A stretch of DNA of 64,000 nucleotides from assembly GCA_021818925.1 (NCBI GenBank), contig JAKASU010000001.1, positions 1,478 to 65,477 on the forward strand. The letters run 5' to 3'. Within the stretch, counting starts at the first letter, position 1. The number at the start of each line of letters is the position of its first letter. This document shows positions 1-8,558 of this stretch, piece after piece. The position numbers and the translations under genes are program-made. The DNA is from Candidatus Micrarchaeota archaeon (GTDB taxonomy: Archaea > Micrarchaeota > Micrarchaeia > Micrarchaeales > CABMGC01). The notes below the pieces were generated by a model. The model saw nothing but the letters and a program-made list of their open reading frames with translations. It ran no database searches and was not told the DNA's origin.

Positions 1-1
1 C

Positions 2-558
2 GAGATGAGGTTCGCCTTCATCCCAACAGCAGCCCATCACTCGGTAGGAGACAAAGGCTGGCTCATCAAGAACTACGCGGAGTGCCAAAAGTTAGGCAGC
101 GTCGACATCGTTGACATATCCGCGGTCGGCAAAGATGTCTGGTTGCCCAGGCTCAAGGCCGCAGATGTGATCGTTGTCGGTGGCGGCAGGGGCATACTTC
201 ATCTTCTGAAATGGATGAAGAAGTCCGGATTGGAAAAGATGCTGCCCGGTCTCCTTCGCAGTCGGGTTTACGTCGGGATAAGCTCGGGAAGCATGATCGC
301 GCAAAGGCGAATCTCCCCTACTCCGGCTTCCTGTATTCCAAGAATAAGCTCAAGGCACCCAAAGGCCTGGGGTACGTGGATTTCAGCATAGTGCCGCATC
401 TGAATTCAAAGAAATACCCCAAAACGCGAGCGAGGCGCCTCAAAGAGTTCTTAAAAGGAATCAAAGGGGACGTATACGCGCTTGACGACGACTCCGGAAT
501 CATCTGCTCGAATGGCAAGATACAAGTTGTTTCTGAAGGAAGGTGGATAAAATACTAG
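2..558 (+). pseudogene. Peptidase S51 (dipeptidase E-like); the 5' end runs off the window and the frame is disrupted near nt ~300
   Basis: Two overlapping track ORFs (5..391 and 211..558) in different frames together give one S51-like protein. The first carries ..FIPTAA..VIVVGGG..HLL..VYVGISSGSMIA. The second carries KANLPYSGF..GLGYVDFSIVPHLN..ALDDDSGI... The junction at about 299-304 implies a 1-nt indel. Confidence 0.55.
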
Positions 559-582
559 CAGTTTAAGACAGCCTTAATATGT

Positions 583-619
583 GCTCGCGCGCCGATTGGC
601 GGCTCGTCGGCTCGCCGCC
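583..619. repeat. Left copy of an imperfect direct repeat flanking the GH10 gene
   Basis: The blocks gctcgcgcgc (583-592) and cggctcgtc (600-608) recur with identical 17-nt spacing at 1691-1700 and 1708-1716. I counted 29 of 37 matching positions by hand. Both copies start shortly after a stop codon. Confidence 0.5.
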
Positions 620-674
620 TTTAGCGCGCCCTCGCTTTTGCACCTGACCGCCGCACTCTCAAAGGTTAAAATGC

Positions 675-1685
675 TTGCATGCAGATAGATGTGCAGCGAT
701 GTGCATGTCAACCAGTATGGGTCTCAAAGACATTGCGTCCAGGAAAGGCATCGCTGTTGGCTGCTGCATAAACGATGCGCACCTGAACGAAGGCAAGTAT
801 AGAAGTGCGCTTGTCAGAAACTTCAACCTGGCCACTCCGGAGTACGAGCTGATGCACTCGCAGCTTTGCCCGACCAGGGGCAAGTACGACTTTGAAAACG
901 CGGACAAGGTGGTCGCTTTTGCCCTGAAGCATAAGATGCGGATACGAGGCCATCCGCTGGTGTGGCAGAGCAGATTAAACATACCGTCCTGGCTTGCCAG
1001 ACAGAAACTGAGTAGAAGCGAAGCGGCAAAGCTCCTCAAAGACCACATAATGACCGTGATGAAGCGGTACAAAAACGAGATACACGACTGGGTTGTCGTA
1101 AACGAGGCGATGAATGACGACTTCAAATCTGGAAAATTTAAACTGAGGAAAGGATTCTGGTTCAACAGAATAGGACCTAGATATGTTGAGATGGCGTTTC
1201 GTCTGGCGCACATAGTGGACCCAAAGGCGACCCTGTGGTACAACGACTACAGCATGGACGAGATCAATGGAAAATCCGATGCCGTCTACAGGCTGATAAA
1301 AGGGCTGCTCAAGAAAGGCGCGCCCATACACGCGATAGGGCTGCAGATGCACCTGGCAAGCCATTGGAATCTCGATCCGAAGAGCGTGGAAGCCAACATA
1401 AGGCGTTTCCAGAAGTTGGGCCTTAAGGTCGGCATAACTGAAATGGACGTCAGAATCAGGAAGCCTGTCACAAAGAAGAAGCTCAAGAAGCAGGCAAAAA
1501 TGTACTCAGGCATGCTCAGGGTCGCGCTCAACACCAGATGCGAAGACTTCAGCCTATGGGGTGTCACTGACGCAGTTTCATGGATTCCTGAATCGCATAA
1601 AGGCTACGATGCAGGCCTGATTCTTGACAAGAAGTACAGGCCAAAGCTGGCTTATGAGAACTTGGTTGAAGCTTTGAATGAATAA
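675..1685 (+). CDS. Glycoside hydrolase family 10 endo-1,4-beta-xylanase, with no evident signal peptide
   Basis: GH10 motifs are present: HPLVWQS, VVNEA (acid/base Glu), WYNDYS, GLQMHL and ITEMDV (nucleophile Glu). The start is ambiguous: TTG at 675, or in-frame ATGs at 699, 705 and 717. Confidence 0.85.
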   Translation: MHADRCAAMCMSTSMGLKDIASRKGIAVGCCINDAHLNEGKYRSALVRNFNLATPEYELMHSQLCPTRGKYDFENADKVVAFALKHKMRIRGHPLVWQSRLNIPSWLARQKLSRSEAAKLLKDHIMTVMKRYKNEIHDWVVVNEAMNDDFKSGKFKLRKGFWFNRIGPRYVEMAFRLAHIVDPKATLWYNDYSMDEINGKSDAVYRLIKGLLKKGAPIHAIGLQMHLASHWNLDPKSVEANIRRFQKLGLKVGITEMDVRIRKPVTKKKLKKQAKMYSGMLRVALNTRCEDFSLWGVTDAVSWIPESHKGYDAGLILDKKYRPKLAYENLVEALNE

Positions 1686-1690
1686 AGTGC

Positions 1691-1727
1691 GCTCGCGCGC
1701 TGACCGTCGGCTCGTCAATTCGCAGCC
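1691..1727. repeat. Right copy of the imperfect direct repeat flanking the GH10 gene
   Basis: See 583..619; the same two conserved blocks occur with the same spacing. Confidence 0.5.
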
Positions 1728-1734
1728 TTGGGTT

Positions 1735-1789
1735 AGCCCCTTAAGGGAGAACTGTTTTTAGCAAGGGGCTTGTTCATTTTTCTTTTTAG
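1735..1789 (+). terminator. Hairpin plus T-rich tract downstream of the GH10 gene
   Basis: There is a perfect 8-bp inverted repeat, agcccctt (1735-1742) and aaggggct (1763-1770). It is followed by tgttcatttttcttttt. Confidence 0.4.
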
Positions 1790-1870
1790 CCATGGAAGAC
1801 CTTCTTACTTCGGGTTTAAATCTCATGCATCGACGACAAACAATTTTCTGTCGTCGGAAAACTTGAAAAC

Positions 1871-1943
1871 CGGGGAGGCCGAGATTTGAACTCGGGTCTT
1901 CAGGACCCAAACCTGAAAGCCTACCAAGCTAGCCTACCTCCCC
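1871..1943 (-). tRNA. tRNA-Pro (anticodon UGG)
   Basis: The reverse complement folds by hand into a cloverleaf. The acceptor is GGGGAGG/CCTCCCC, the anticodon arm is TCAGG-TTTGGGT-CCTGA (UGG, G37) and the T arm is CCGAG-TTCAAAT-CTCGG. It is 73 nt with no encoded CCA. Confidence 0.9.
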
Positions 1944-1955
1944 TCGCTAACCACT

Positions 1956-4148
1956 CTATATTCTAACTATATTAATCTCTCCGCCGATTATATTGAAAGT
2001 TCTGCTGTCCTTCTTCTTTTCCCCTAAAACCACGAGCCTGTATGCGTTTCCCTTTATTGTTCTTCCCAGGCTGACGCTGCCATCATGATCCGTAATACCT
2101 TCGCAGACCTTCTCTCCGACATAGAATAGCTGGACTCTCACCCCGCCCTGTTTCACGCCTTCCTTGTCTGTCAGAGTCGCAACCGCGTCTCCAAAACCCT
2201 CCGCCTCGCGTGCAGAAGCATCAGGTTGGCGGCTCTCTCCAAATTCTGCTTGTTCTTCTGGCAGCATGAGAAAGCAGGCCGAAGCCCTCTCCCTACCTTG
2301 CATGTAGTTGACCGCGCACGTACGCTGCTCTAGTCCCTTGAGTCTCTCTATAAGCACGTCCTTGTCCGCTTCTCCGAATAGCAGGTCTGCGGCCGCGAAT
2401 CTCGTAACATCAGAGTTCTGTCTGAAGTACATCTTGGTCTGGCAAAGCCTCCTGATGCTCGGTTCTATCTCTGTCACGCTGTGCGTTATTAGTACCAGAC
2501 CTACTCCCCTTTTCCTGAAATCCTGTATCCTCTGCTCCAGGTCACTTGCCGCCGCCGAATCCCGCTCTTCGCCAAGCACGATCTGCGCCTCCTCAAGGCA
2601 TACCAGAAGCCTCAGTTCTCTATCTCCGTTTGTGTCGAATGTGTCCGCTATGCTGTATATCTGGTTAAGTATAAGTGCATAGTAGAACCTCTTCATCTTG
2701 TTGCTCAACCCGCTCAGGTCGAACACGGCTCCCTGCTCCAGCAGGTCCGCAAAATCTTCCCCCTCTTTTTTGGAGAACTCCGGGCGGTTCAGCATCGTCC
2801 TGAGGTTCTCCAGCGCCGCCCTGTTGTTCTCGCCGTGCTTCGTGTATTTCACTCCGTTTCCTACCCTCTTCCCATGCTGTTCGACTATCGCTTCCTCTAT
2901 TGAATCGTACACTTTCAGCGGGTCTGGTACACTCCCTTGCGCGTAAACCTTCCTGAAAGCCGCGAGAATGCACTTTTCAAGAGAGTTGGTGTACGGGCCC
3001 GCCTCTGAGGCGGAGGCGAGCAGCATTGCGAGATTCTCGTAGAACCTCTGCACGCCTATCGCACTGTCACACTTGAAGAAATTCAGCCGAAGCCGAGAGT
3101 CATGCAGGCTCACGACCCTGAGTTTGTTGGCGTAGCCAAACCCGTTCCACTCTTCTGTCGGAGAGATGACCGCTATGTGAGTGCCTCCTTTTTTCACCAG
3201 CTGCCCTGCTATGTGCATCGCTGCGAATGTTTTGCCGGTACCGGGTACGCCGCTTATCAGAGTGCCGAGATTGAGCGAGCTTGCCTCTGAAAGCACATTC
3301 CTGCCTGTTCGCTTCACCGACCCCTCTAACGCCTGGCCGAGCTCGACATCACCGCTGCTTCTCTGCCCCGCCGTCTGCACTATCCTGCTTGTCCTGACCG
3401 TATCGGAGAAGCCCAGCAGCATTGCGGCTCTTGACGCATCAAGCGGCAGCGCGTCAATGCGTGTCGCCATGTCATATATCTCCTCAGCGCTTCCCGTCCT
3501 GACCTCAAAAGATTCAACTACGGGGAGCTTCGCGTTGATGTAATCGATGATCTTCAGGCGATCGCCGCAAACAAACATGATACACTTGTAGGCTTTGCAA
3601 TTTGCAAGAGCAGAGCTCTTCAGCGAATCGAGGATGTCGAGAAGCACGTCCTTCTCGTCCGAGCCGAAATAGGTCTCCCTGTGCCTCGACGCGGTCTGCG
3701 ACATCACATCGCCGCGCGTGCTCGTGCTCTCCGTAAAACCCGTCTCTTTTCCGCTGAGCATCCTCTCCGCCCTGACCTTCGCCGCCATCACTTCCTCTCT
3801 GCGTGCAGGTACAAAAACAACGAACAGGTGAGCATGTGTCCCGGCAAAGACCTTTGTGATCTGATCCACCACATTCCCGCCGGATCCGCGGCACGCCGCA
3901 ATGATGCATGTTGCCTCGCTTAAGGGAGTGCTCTTCGTGGCTGACTCCTCTATCTCCAGCCCCGGCAGCGCGCCGGTTAGCGTCTTCACCTCCGTGTAAG
4001 AGCCGCATACTAGGTACGTGTTCCGTTCCATAAGGTCGTAGTGCATCATGAACTGCTTGCCCAGCATGGCTTGCACGAAAAGCTGCCTGTCAACATTCTC
4101 GGGCACCGCCGTTACGCTTACTGCAGAAAGAATCCGGTTCGCACGCAT
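1956..4148 (-). CDS. HerA/FtsK-superfamily P-loop ATPase (DUF87-like) with a C-terminal CarboxypepD_reg-like beta-sandwich
   Basis: Walker A is GVPGTGKT and Walker B-like is LLVCLEEAQ, followed by GVGLVLITHS. The C-terminus GGVRVQLF..GITDHDGSVSLG..GNAYRLVV resembles carboxypeptidase-regulatory-like domains. Confidence 0.65.
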   Translation of the reverse strand: MRANRILSAVSVTAVPENVDRQLFVQAMLGKQFMMHYDLMERNTYLVCGSYTEVKTLTGALPGLEIEESATKSTPLSEATCIIAACRGSGGNVVDQITKVFAGTHAHLFVVFVPARREEVMAAKVRAERMLSGKETGFTESTSTRGDVMSQTASRHRETYFGSDEKDVLLDILDSLKSSALANCKAYKCIMFVCGDRLKIIDYINAKLPVVESFEVRTGSAEEIYDMATRIDALPLDASRAAMLLGFSDTVRTSRIVQTAGQRSSGDVELGQALEGSVKRTGRNVLSEASSLNLGTLISGVPGTGKTFAAMHIAGQLVKKGGTHIAVISPTEEWNGFGYANKLRVVSLHDSRLRLNFFKCDSAIGVQRFYENLAMLLASASEAGPYTNSLEKCILAAFRKVYAQGSVPDPLKVYDSIEEAIVEQHGKRVGNGVKYTKHGENNRAALENLRTMLNRPEFSKKEGEDFADLLEQGAVFDLSGLSNKMKRFYYALILNQIYSIADTFDTNGDRELRLLVCLEEAQIVLGEERDSAAASDLEQRIQDFRKRGVGLVLITHSVTEIEPSIRRLCQTKMYFRQNSDVTRFAAADLLFGEADKDVLIERLKGLEQRTCAVNYMQGRERASACFLMLPEEQAEFGESRQPDASAREAEGFGDAVATLTDKEGVKQGGVRVQLFYVGEKVCEGITDHDGSVSLGRTIKGNAYRLVVLGEKKKDSRTFNIIGGEINIVRI

Positions 4149-4193
4149 AGAGTCGTCTATTTACCTAACTACTCTATATTTTACTCAAGTATA

Positions 4194-4201
4194 TATTTAA
4201 A
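4194..4201 (-). promoter_or_regulatory. TATA-box-like TTTAAATA (minus strand) upstream of the ATPase gene
   Basis: The plus strand reads tatttaaa, which is TTTAAATA on the minus strand. It lies about 46 nt upstream of the start at 4148. Confidence 0.4.
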
Positions 4202-4208
4202 CCTGCTC

Positions 4209-4880
4209 TCAGACCAGAAGCTTGGTTATGGTGCCCTTGTCCTTCAGGTTCTTCACCACCTTCTCCGCCCCCGCCTCGGAAAGAACGCCTTCGGGGAACC
4301 TGCTGTTCTCCACAGCTACAGACGCGATGCCCGCCCGCTTGGCCGCCTTGACGAAATTCGGGTATGATGATACAAGCACCGCCTTTCCAGAGAACGAAAA
4401 TCCGCTTTTCGCCTTCTCCAGCGCCTTTGCAACTATGCCTTCCGCGCTCTTCGCCTCGTTCCCAAAGGCCCCGAACTTGAAATATGAGCCGAGGCCCGTC
4501 TTCTCGAGCCTGAATTTCGCCACCCTCTCAGCCTCTCCGGTCGCTATGCCTATAAGGGCTCCCTGTCTCGACAGCTCGTCGAGCAGCTCCCTGGCTCCGT
4601 CAAGGGCGAGCTGCCTGTCATGGCCTGCGACGTTGTAGTAGGAGTAGAAAAGGTCCTCGGTGTAACGAACTAGCTTCTGCTCGATCTCGTCCCTCGGCAT
4701 GCCGTTTTCCAGCAGCACAGCCTCGGCCGTCTCCTGGGCAGTCATGCCCTCGTACTTCGAGAGGTCCACGTCGACCAGCACACCGTAGATGTTCCTGATT
4801 GATTCCTGCACATATTCGCTTATGTCCTTCGTGTCCTTTGTCAGCGTGTTGTTTATGTCGAACAAAACCAGCTTGTCCAT
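4209..4880 (-). CDS. HAD-superfamily hydrolase
   Basis: The N-terminal motif I is LFDINNTL (D-x-N instead of D-x-D). The overall length and motif spacing are HAD-like. Confidence 0.6.
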   Translation of the reverse strand: MDKLVLFDINNTLTKDTKDISEYVQESIRNIYGVLVDVDLSKYEGMTAQETAEAVLLENGMPRDEIEQKLVRYTEDLFYSYYNVAGHDRQLALDGARELLDELSRQGALIGIATGEAERVAKFRLEKTGLGSYFKFGAFGNEAKSAEGIVAKALEKAKSGFSFSGKAVLVSSYPNFVKAAKRAGIASVAVENSRFPEGVLSEAGAEKVVKNLKDKGTITKLLV

Positions 4881-4973
4881 CTTATCAGCATTTAGACTGT
4901 TGAGTTAGCATATGGCACGCAAATGGTATTAAATATTTTGAAGTGCCAGCTTATGATGTCTGCAAGGTGAGGA

Positions 4974-5591
4974 ATGAAGGCTTATTCTCTCGAGGAGGGC
5001 TCAAGGCTTGTCAAGGCGGCGAGACACGCCATAGAGCTGTACATCACCACAAAGGAGTTCAGGGGCGAGGCGATCGAGCGCACCCTTGATGGATTCACTC
5101 AGAAGCACGGTATCTTCGTCACAATCTACCACTATCCCACAAGGACACTGCGAGGCTGCATCGGCTTCCCGGACGGAGCGGGGGAGATGAGGAAGCTGGT
5201 GGTGGAGGCTGCTGTCGCGGCGGCTGCCGAGGACCCGAGGTTCGTGCCCGTCTCGCACCTTGAGTTCGAGCACACGGTGCTTGAGGTTAGCGTGCTTTCA
5301 AGGCTGGAGAAGATTGAGGGCAACACAGAGCAGATCAAGAAGCAGGTCAGGATAGGGAGGGACGGGCTTGTCATAGAGTATGGCTACCACAAAGGCCTCT
5401 TGTTGCCTATAGTGCCCGTGGAGGAGCGCTGGAGCGTGCCCAGGTTCCTGGACGAGGTGTGCATCAAGGCAGGATTGCCGGAGCACACATGGGCCCACGG
5501 CTCCGCTTCGCTCTACAGGTTCTCCAGCCAGGTGTTCAGAGAAAAGGAACCCAGGGGAGACGTGGAGGAAGTTAACCTTGAGGAACTATGA
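4974..5591 (+). CDS. AMMECR1 domain protein
   Basis: Motifs present are LRGCIGFP, DPRF.PV, EVSVLS, GLLLP and KAGLP. Confidence 0.85.
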   Translation: MKAYSLEEGSRLVKAARHAIELYITTKEFRGEAIERTLDGFTQKHGIFVTIYHYPTRTLRGCIGFPDGAGEMRKLVVEAAVAAAAEDPRFVPVSHLEFEHTVLEVSVLSRLEKIEGNTEQIKKQVRIGRDGLVIEYGYHKGLLLPIVPVEERWSVPRFLDEVCIKAGLPEHTWAHGSASLYRFSSQVFREKEPRGDVEEVNLEEL

Positions 5592-6658
5592 GACTTATAG
5601 CGCTAGTCGACATGGACTATTTCTACGTCGCCTGCGAGGAGCTCAGGCACCCGGAGATAAAGAACAGGCCGGCGGTGGTCGGCTCCGATCCCAAGCAGGG
5701 CGAGGGGCGCGGGGTTGTCATGACAGCCAACTATGCCGCGAGGAAGTTCGGGATAAGGAGCGGCATGCCAATATACCTGGCCTACCGTGCAAAGAAAGAT
5801 GCCGTCTATCTGCCTGCTGACTTCGACTACTATGAGAAAGTATCGAAGGACGTGATGGCGCTGGTCAAAGCGCATGCGGACAAGTTCGAGCAGGTGAGCA
5901 TAGACGAGGCGTTCATAGACATATCGAAGAGGGCGAAGAGCTACGACGAGGCTCTTGAGCTCGCGAAGGGGCTTCAGAAAGAGATAAGGGAGAAGATGGG
6001 CCTGCCGTGCTCGATAGGTGTAAGCGTAAACAAGCTTGTGGCGAAGATGGCCAGTGACGACGCGAAGCCCAACGGCATAAAGCTCGTGAAGGAAGATGAG
6101 GCGAAGGACTTCCTGTCCAAGAAGCCCGTCGGTGATCTCTACGGCGTGGGCAGGAAGATGAGAAAGGTGCTGGAGGACTTCGGATACAATACAATAGGCG
6201 ATCTCGCAAAGGCAAACCCCGTCGTGCTCGTGGAGCGCTTCAAGAGTTATGGCGCAGAGCTGCACAACTACGCAAACGGAATGGACGACAGCGACGTGCA
6301 GGAGAACTGGGAGGTGAAGTCGATAAGCAGGGAGAGAACATTAGAGAGTGACACCAGCGACCGCCACGAGATAACGAAGTCGATAGCTGCGATGTCAAAG
6401 GAGGTAGGAGAGGAGCTCAAGAAGCAGGGTTTTGCATACAAGGTTGTAACGATAAAGCTTCGTTACTCGGATTTCGAGGAGAGTATGAGGAGCAGGAGCC
6501 TGACGCACAGGTCGGTTGACGCTGACGAGATAGCAGAAGTGGCGATACGTCTGTTCGACAAGTACGCGGAGACTGGAGAGGAGCTGAGGAAGGTTGGAGT
6601 CAGAGTTTCTAACCTTGTAAAATTCAGCGGGCAGAAGAGGATAACAGAATATGCCTAG
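5588..6658 (+). CDS. dpo4: Y-family DNA polymerase IV (Dpo4/Dbh type)
   Basis: The N-terminus is MRLIALVDMDYFYVACEE, with SIDEAFID and a palm/little-finger layout. ATGA overlaps the AMMECR1 stop. Confidence 0.9.
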   Translation: MRLIALVDMDYFYVACEELRHPEIKNRPAVVGSDPKQGEGRGVVMTANYAARKFGIRSGMPIYLAYRAKKDAVYLPADFDYYEKVSKDVMALVKAHADKFEQVSIDEAFIDISKRAKSYDEALELAKGLQKEIREKMGLPCSIGVSVNKLVAKMASDDAKPNGIKLVKEDEAKDFLSKKPVGDLYGVGRKMRKVLEDFGYNTIGDLAKANPVVLVERFKSYGAELHNYANGMDDSDVQENWEVKSISRERTLESDTSDRHEITKSIAAMSKEVGEELKKQGFAYKVVTIKLRYSDFEESMRSRSLTHRSVDADEIAEVAIRLFDKYAETGEELRKVGVRVSNLVKFSGQKRITEYA

Positions 6659-7224
6659 CTACTCATTTTCAAAACAGCTTCCAAAACATCCGGCAGCTCT
6701 CTTACACCACTTTTTTCGTTGAGGTGTCCCATCGCATGCTTTACGATAACCTTCGCTTCGAGTTTCTTCTTGAATACATCGCTGTGGTCAAGTGAGACAT
6801 AGTAATCATTGTCTGAGAAGATAGCAACAAAATTATTGCAGTGCTCATTTACCTTTACCCAATCTACCGGCTTTAGGAAAAAGTTGCTTGCCGCCAACTC
6901 TTTAATACCAAGGTCATCATCAAATGCCGCTACAAACACTGCTCCTCCTATTTTTTCAGTAGCTTCCAGACGTTCAAGATACCTCAAGATTGTTATGCAT
7001 CCGAGACTATGTCCAATAAAATAACATTCTTTATCCGGTTTTCCAACTTCGTCTGACAGTTTGCTCAACCAAGAATCCATCTTAGGGTGGTCAGACTCAG
7101 GCATCTGCGGCACTGATACAACGAATCCTTTTTTGATAAGCTGATCCTTAAGCCATGGAAACCAATTTTTATCAGGGTAGCCGCCCCACCCATGGATTAT
7201 GAAAGCTCTTTTTGGCATAGTCAT
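6655..7224 (-). CDS. Alpha/beta serine hydrolase (YdeN/RBBP9-like)
   Basis: The protein MTMPKRAFIIHGWGG..GHSLGC.. is 189 aa. The track ORF 6655..7749 is an upstream extension running through trxB in another frame. The ATG at 7224 overlaps the trxB stop (ATGA). Confidence 0.75.
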   Translation of the reverse strand: MTMPKRAFIIHGWGGYPDKNWFPWLKDQLIKKGFVVSVPQMPESDHPKMDSWLSKLSDEVGKPDKECYFIGHSLGCITILRYLERLEATEKIGGAVFVAAFDDDLGIKELAASNFFLKPVDWVKVNEHCNNFVAIFSDNDYYVSLDHSDVFKKKLEAKVIVKHAMGHLNEKSGVRELPDVLEAVLKMSS

Positions 7225-8162
7225 CCTTTCTTCGTTTCCATCTCCTGCATAAAAGCCCGAACGCAAAGCGCTGCCTTTATCCCGCTGCCCGCGGCCGTTC
7301 CCGCCTGCCTGTAGACCCTGTCCGCCACGTCGCCAGCAACGTAAACGCCATCTATATCTGTCCTGACCTCGTCCTTTGTGACAAGGTAGCCCTGATCGTC
7401 CATCTGGAGCTGTCCCTTGAACAGCTTCGTGTTGGGCTCGTAGCCGATCGCCAGGAAGACACCATCTATAGGCATCTCCCATGTCTGCCCCGTGCCAACG
7501 TCTTTCAGCACCGCTGTGGTCACAGCCTTGTCGCCCTTTATCTCGTCCACGGTCGTGTTCCATACCACTTTTATCTTCGGATTTGCAAGCACCCTGTCCT
7601 GCATTATCTTGCTCGCCCTGAAGGAGTCGCGCCTGTGCACTATCGTGACCAAGTTGGCAAACCTTGTCAGGAAGAGCGAGTCCTCCATCGCCGTGTCGCC
7701 CCCCCCGACAACGATGACGTTTTTGCCCTTGAAGAACGCTGCGTCGCACGTTGCGCAGCTCGATACGCCCCTGCCCATGAACTTCTTCTCGGAAGGGAGT
7801 CCAAGGTACTTCGCGTTTGCTCCGGTGGCTATGATCAGCGTGTTGGTCTCGTAGACCTGGTCCTCTACGGTCACCTTTATCGGCTTCGATTTCAGGTCGA
7901 CAGAGGTCGCGTCCTTGTCCACAATCCTGGTCCCGAACTTCTTCGCCTGCTTGATCAGCATCCGCATGTACTCCGGTCCCATGATGCCTTCGGGGAAGCC
8001 GGGTATGTTCTCCACAAGCGTGGTGAGCTCTAGCTGCCCACCGGCGCTGTAGCCCCCTATGACCAGAGGCTCAAAGCCTTCCCTCGCGGTGTATATTGCC
8101 GCGGAGAGCCCCGCAGGCCCGGATCCTATTATTATTACCTTCTCAACCAAACGGCTCACCAA
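7221..8162 (-). CDS. trxB: Thioredoxin-disulfide reductase
   Basis: Motifs are GSGPAGLSAA (FAD), the CATCD redox motif and VVGGGDTAMEDS (NADPH). The start is TTG 8162 or GTG 8159. Confidence 0.9.
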   Translation of the reverse strand: MVSRLVEKVIIIGSGPAGLSAAIYTAREGFEPLVIGGYSAGGQLELTTLVENIPGFPEGIMGPEYMRMLIKQAKKFGTRIVDKDATSVDLKSKPIKVTVEDQVYETNTLIIATGANAKYLGLPSEKKFMGRGVSSCATCDAAFFKGKNVIVVGGGDTAMEDSLFLTRFANLVTIVHRRDSFRASKIMQDRVLANPKIKVVWNTTVDEIKGDKAVTTAVLKDVGTGQTWEMPIDGVFLAIGYEPNTKLFKGQLQMDDQGYLVTKDEVRTDIDGVYVAGDVADRVYRQAGTAAGSGIKAALCVRAFMQEMETKKG

Positions 8163-8468
8163 TTAAGATACCGCGCCGCATTTCTTAAGATATCTGTCAT
8201 AGTGGTTTATGTAGGTCTTCATCGATTTCACCAGTTCTCTGGTTTCGGGGCTGAGGCTATAAGTTCTGACCCTCCCCTTAGTGTCGACATCCACGAACCT
8301 GCAGTCCAGCAGGCACTTCAAGTGGTGCGAGAGGTTGCTCTGCTCTATCCGCAGCGACGATGAAAGCGTGTTGACGGACATAGGTTTCTTCAACAGCGCA
8401 TTGAGTATCCTAAGCCTGTGCCTGTCGCCTAGTGCGGTAAAGAAAAGCGCCTCCGGGCTCTTCATCAT
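8163..8468 (-). CDS. ArsR/SmtB-family HTH transcriptional regulator
   Basis: The sequence LGDRHRLRILNALLKKPMSVNTLSSSLRIEQSNLSHHLKCL is an ArsR-type HTH. It lies directly upstream of trxB. Confidence 0.8.
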   Translation of the reverse strand: MMKSPEALFFTALGDRHRLRILNALLKKPMSVNTLSSSLRIEQSNLSHHLKCLLDCRFVDVDTKGRVRTYSLSPETRELVKSMKTYINHYDRYLKKCGAVS

Positions 8469-8525
8469 ACAATCATCATTATGCGCATTCAGGTATTTAA
8501 CACTTGTTATATGAATAAATATTCA

Positions 8526-8549
8526 ATATATGAGTAATTAATCATATAT
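8526..8549. promoter_or_regulatory. Near-perfect 24-bp palindrome in the arsR / DUF1059 divergent intergenic region (candidate operator)
   Basis: The sequence is atatatga-gtaattaa-tcatatat, with perfect 8-bp arms. It sits immediately next to the TATA-like box at 8551. Confidence 0.4.
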
Positions 8550-8550
8550 A

Positions 8551-8558
8551 TTTAAATA
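8551..8558 (+). promoter_or_regulatory. TATA-box-like TTTAAATA upstream of the DUF1059 gene
   Basis: The octamer tttaaata ends 30 nt upstream of ATG 8589. Confidence 0.45.

Noticed and set aside
1808-1860. A tRNA-like T-loop (cgggtttaaatctc) and hairpin cgacgaca..tgtcgtcg (1831-1856) as a possible tRNA fragment or att site
   Set aside because: The T-loop-like string lacks a pairing stem and there is no match to the tRNA-Pro 3' half. The hairpin is more simply a terminator-like structure downstream of tRNA-Pro.
1-4200. An integrated mobile element at tRNA-Pro
   Set aside because: No integrase, transposase or duplicated tRNA 3' segment is visible within the window. I keep it only as a hypothesis under the GH10 and ATPase findings.
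4209-4880. HAD motif I variant D-I-N-N-T as a sign of an inactive enzyme
   Set aside because: Several HAD subfamilies, such as dehalogenases and phosphonatases, naturally lack the second Asp. The variant is not informative without a subfamily assignment.
7225-7749. N-terminal 175-aa extension of track ORF 6655..7749
   Set aside because: The extension is Arg/Gly-rich nonsense read through trxB in another frame. The hydrolase domain starts at MTMPKRAF (7224), whose ATG overlaps the trxB stop.
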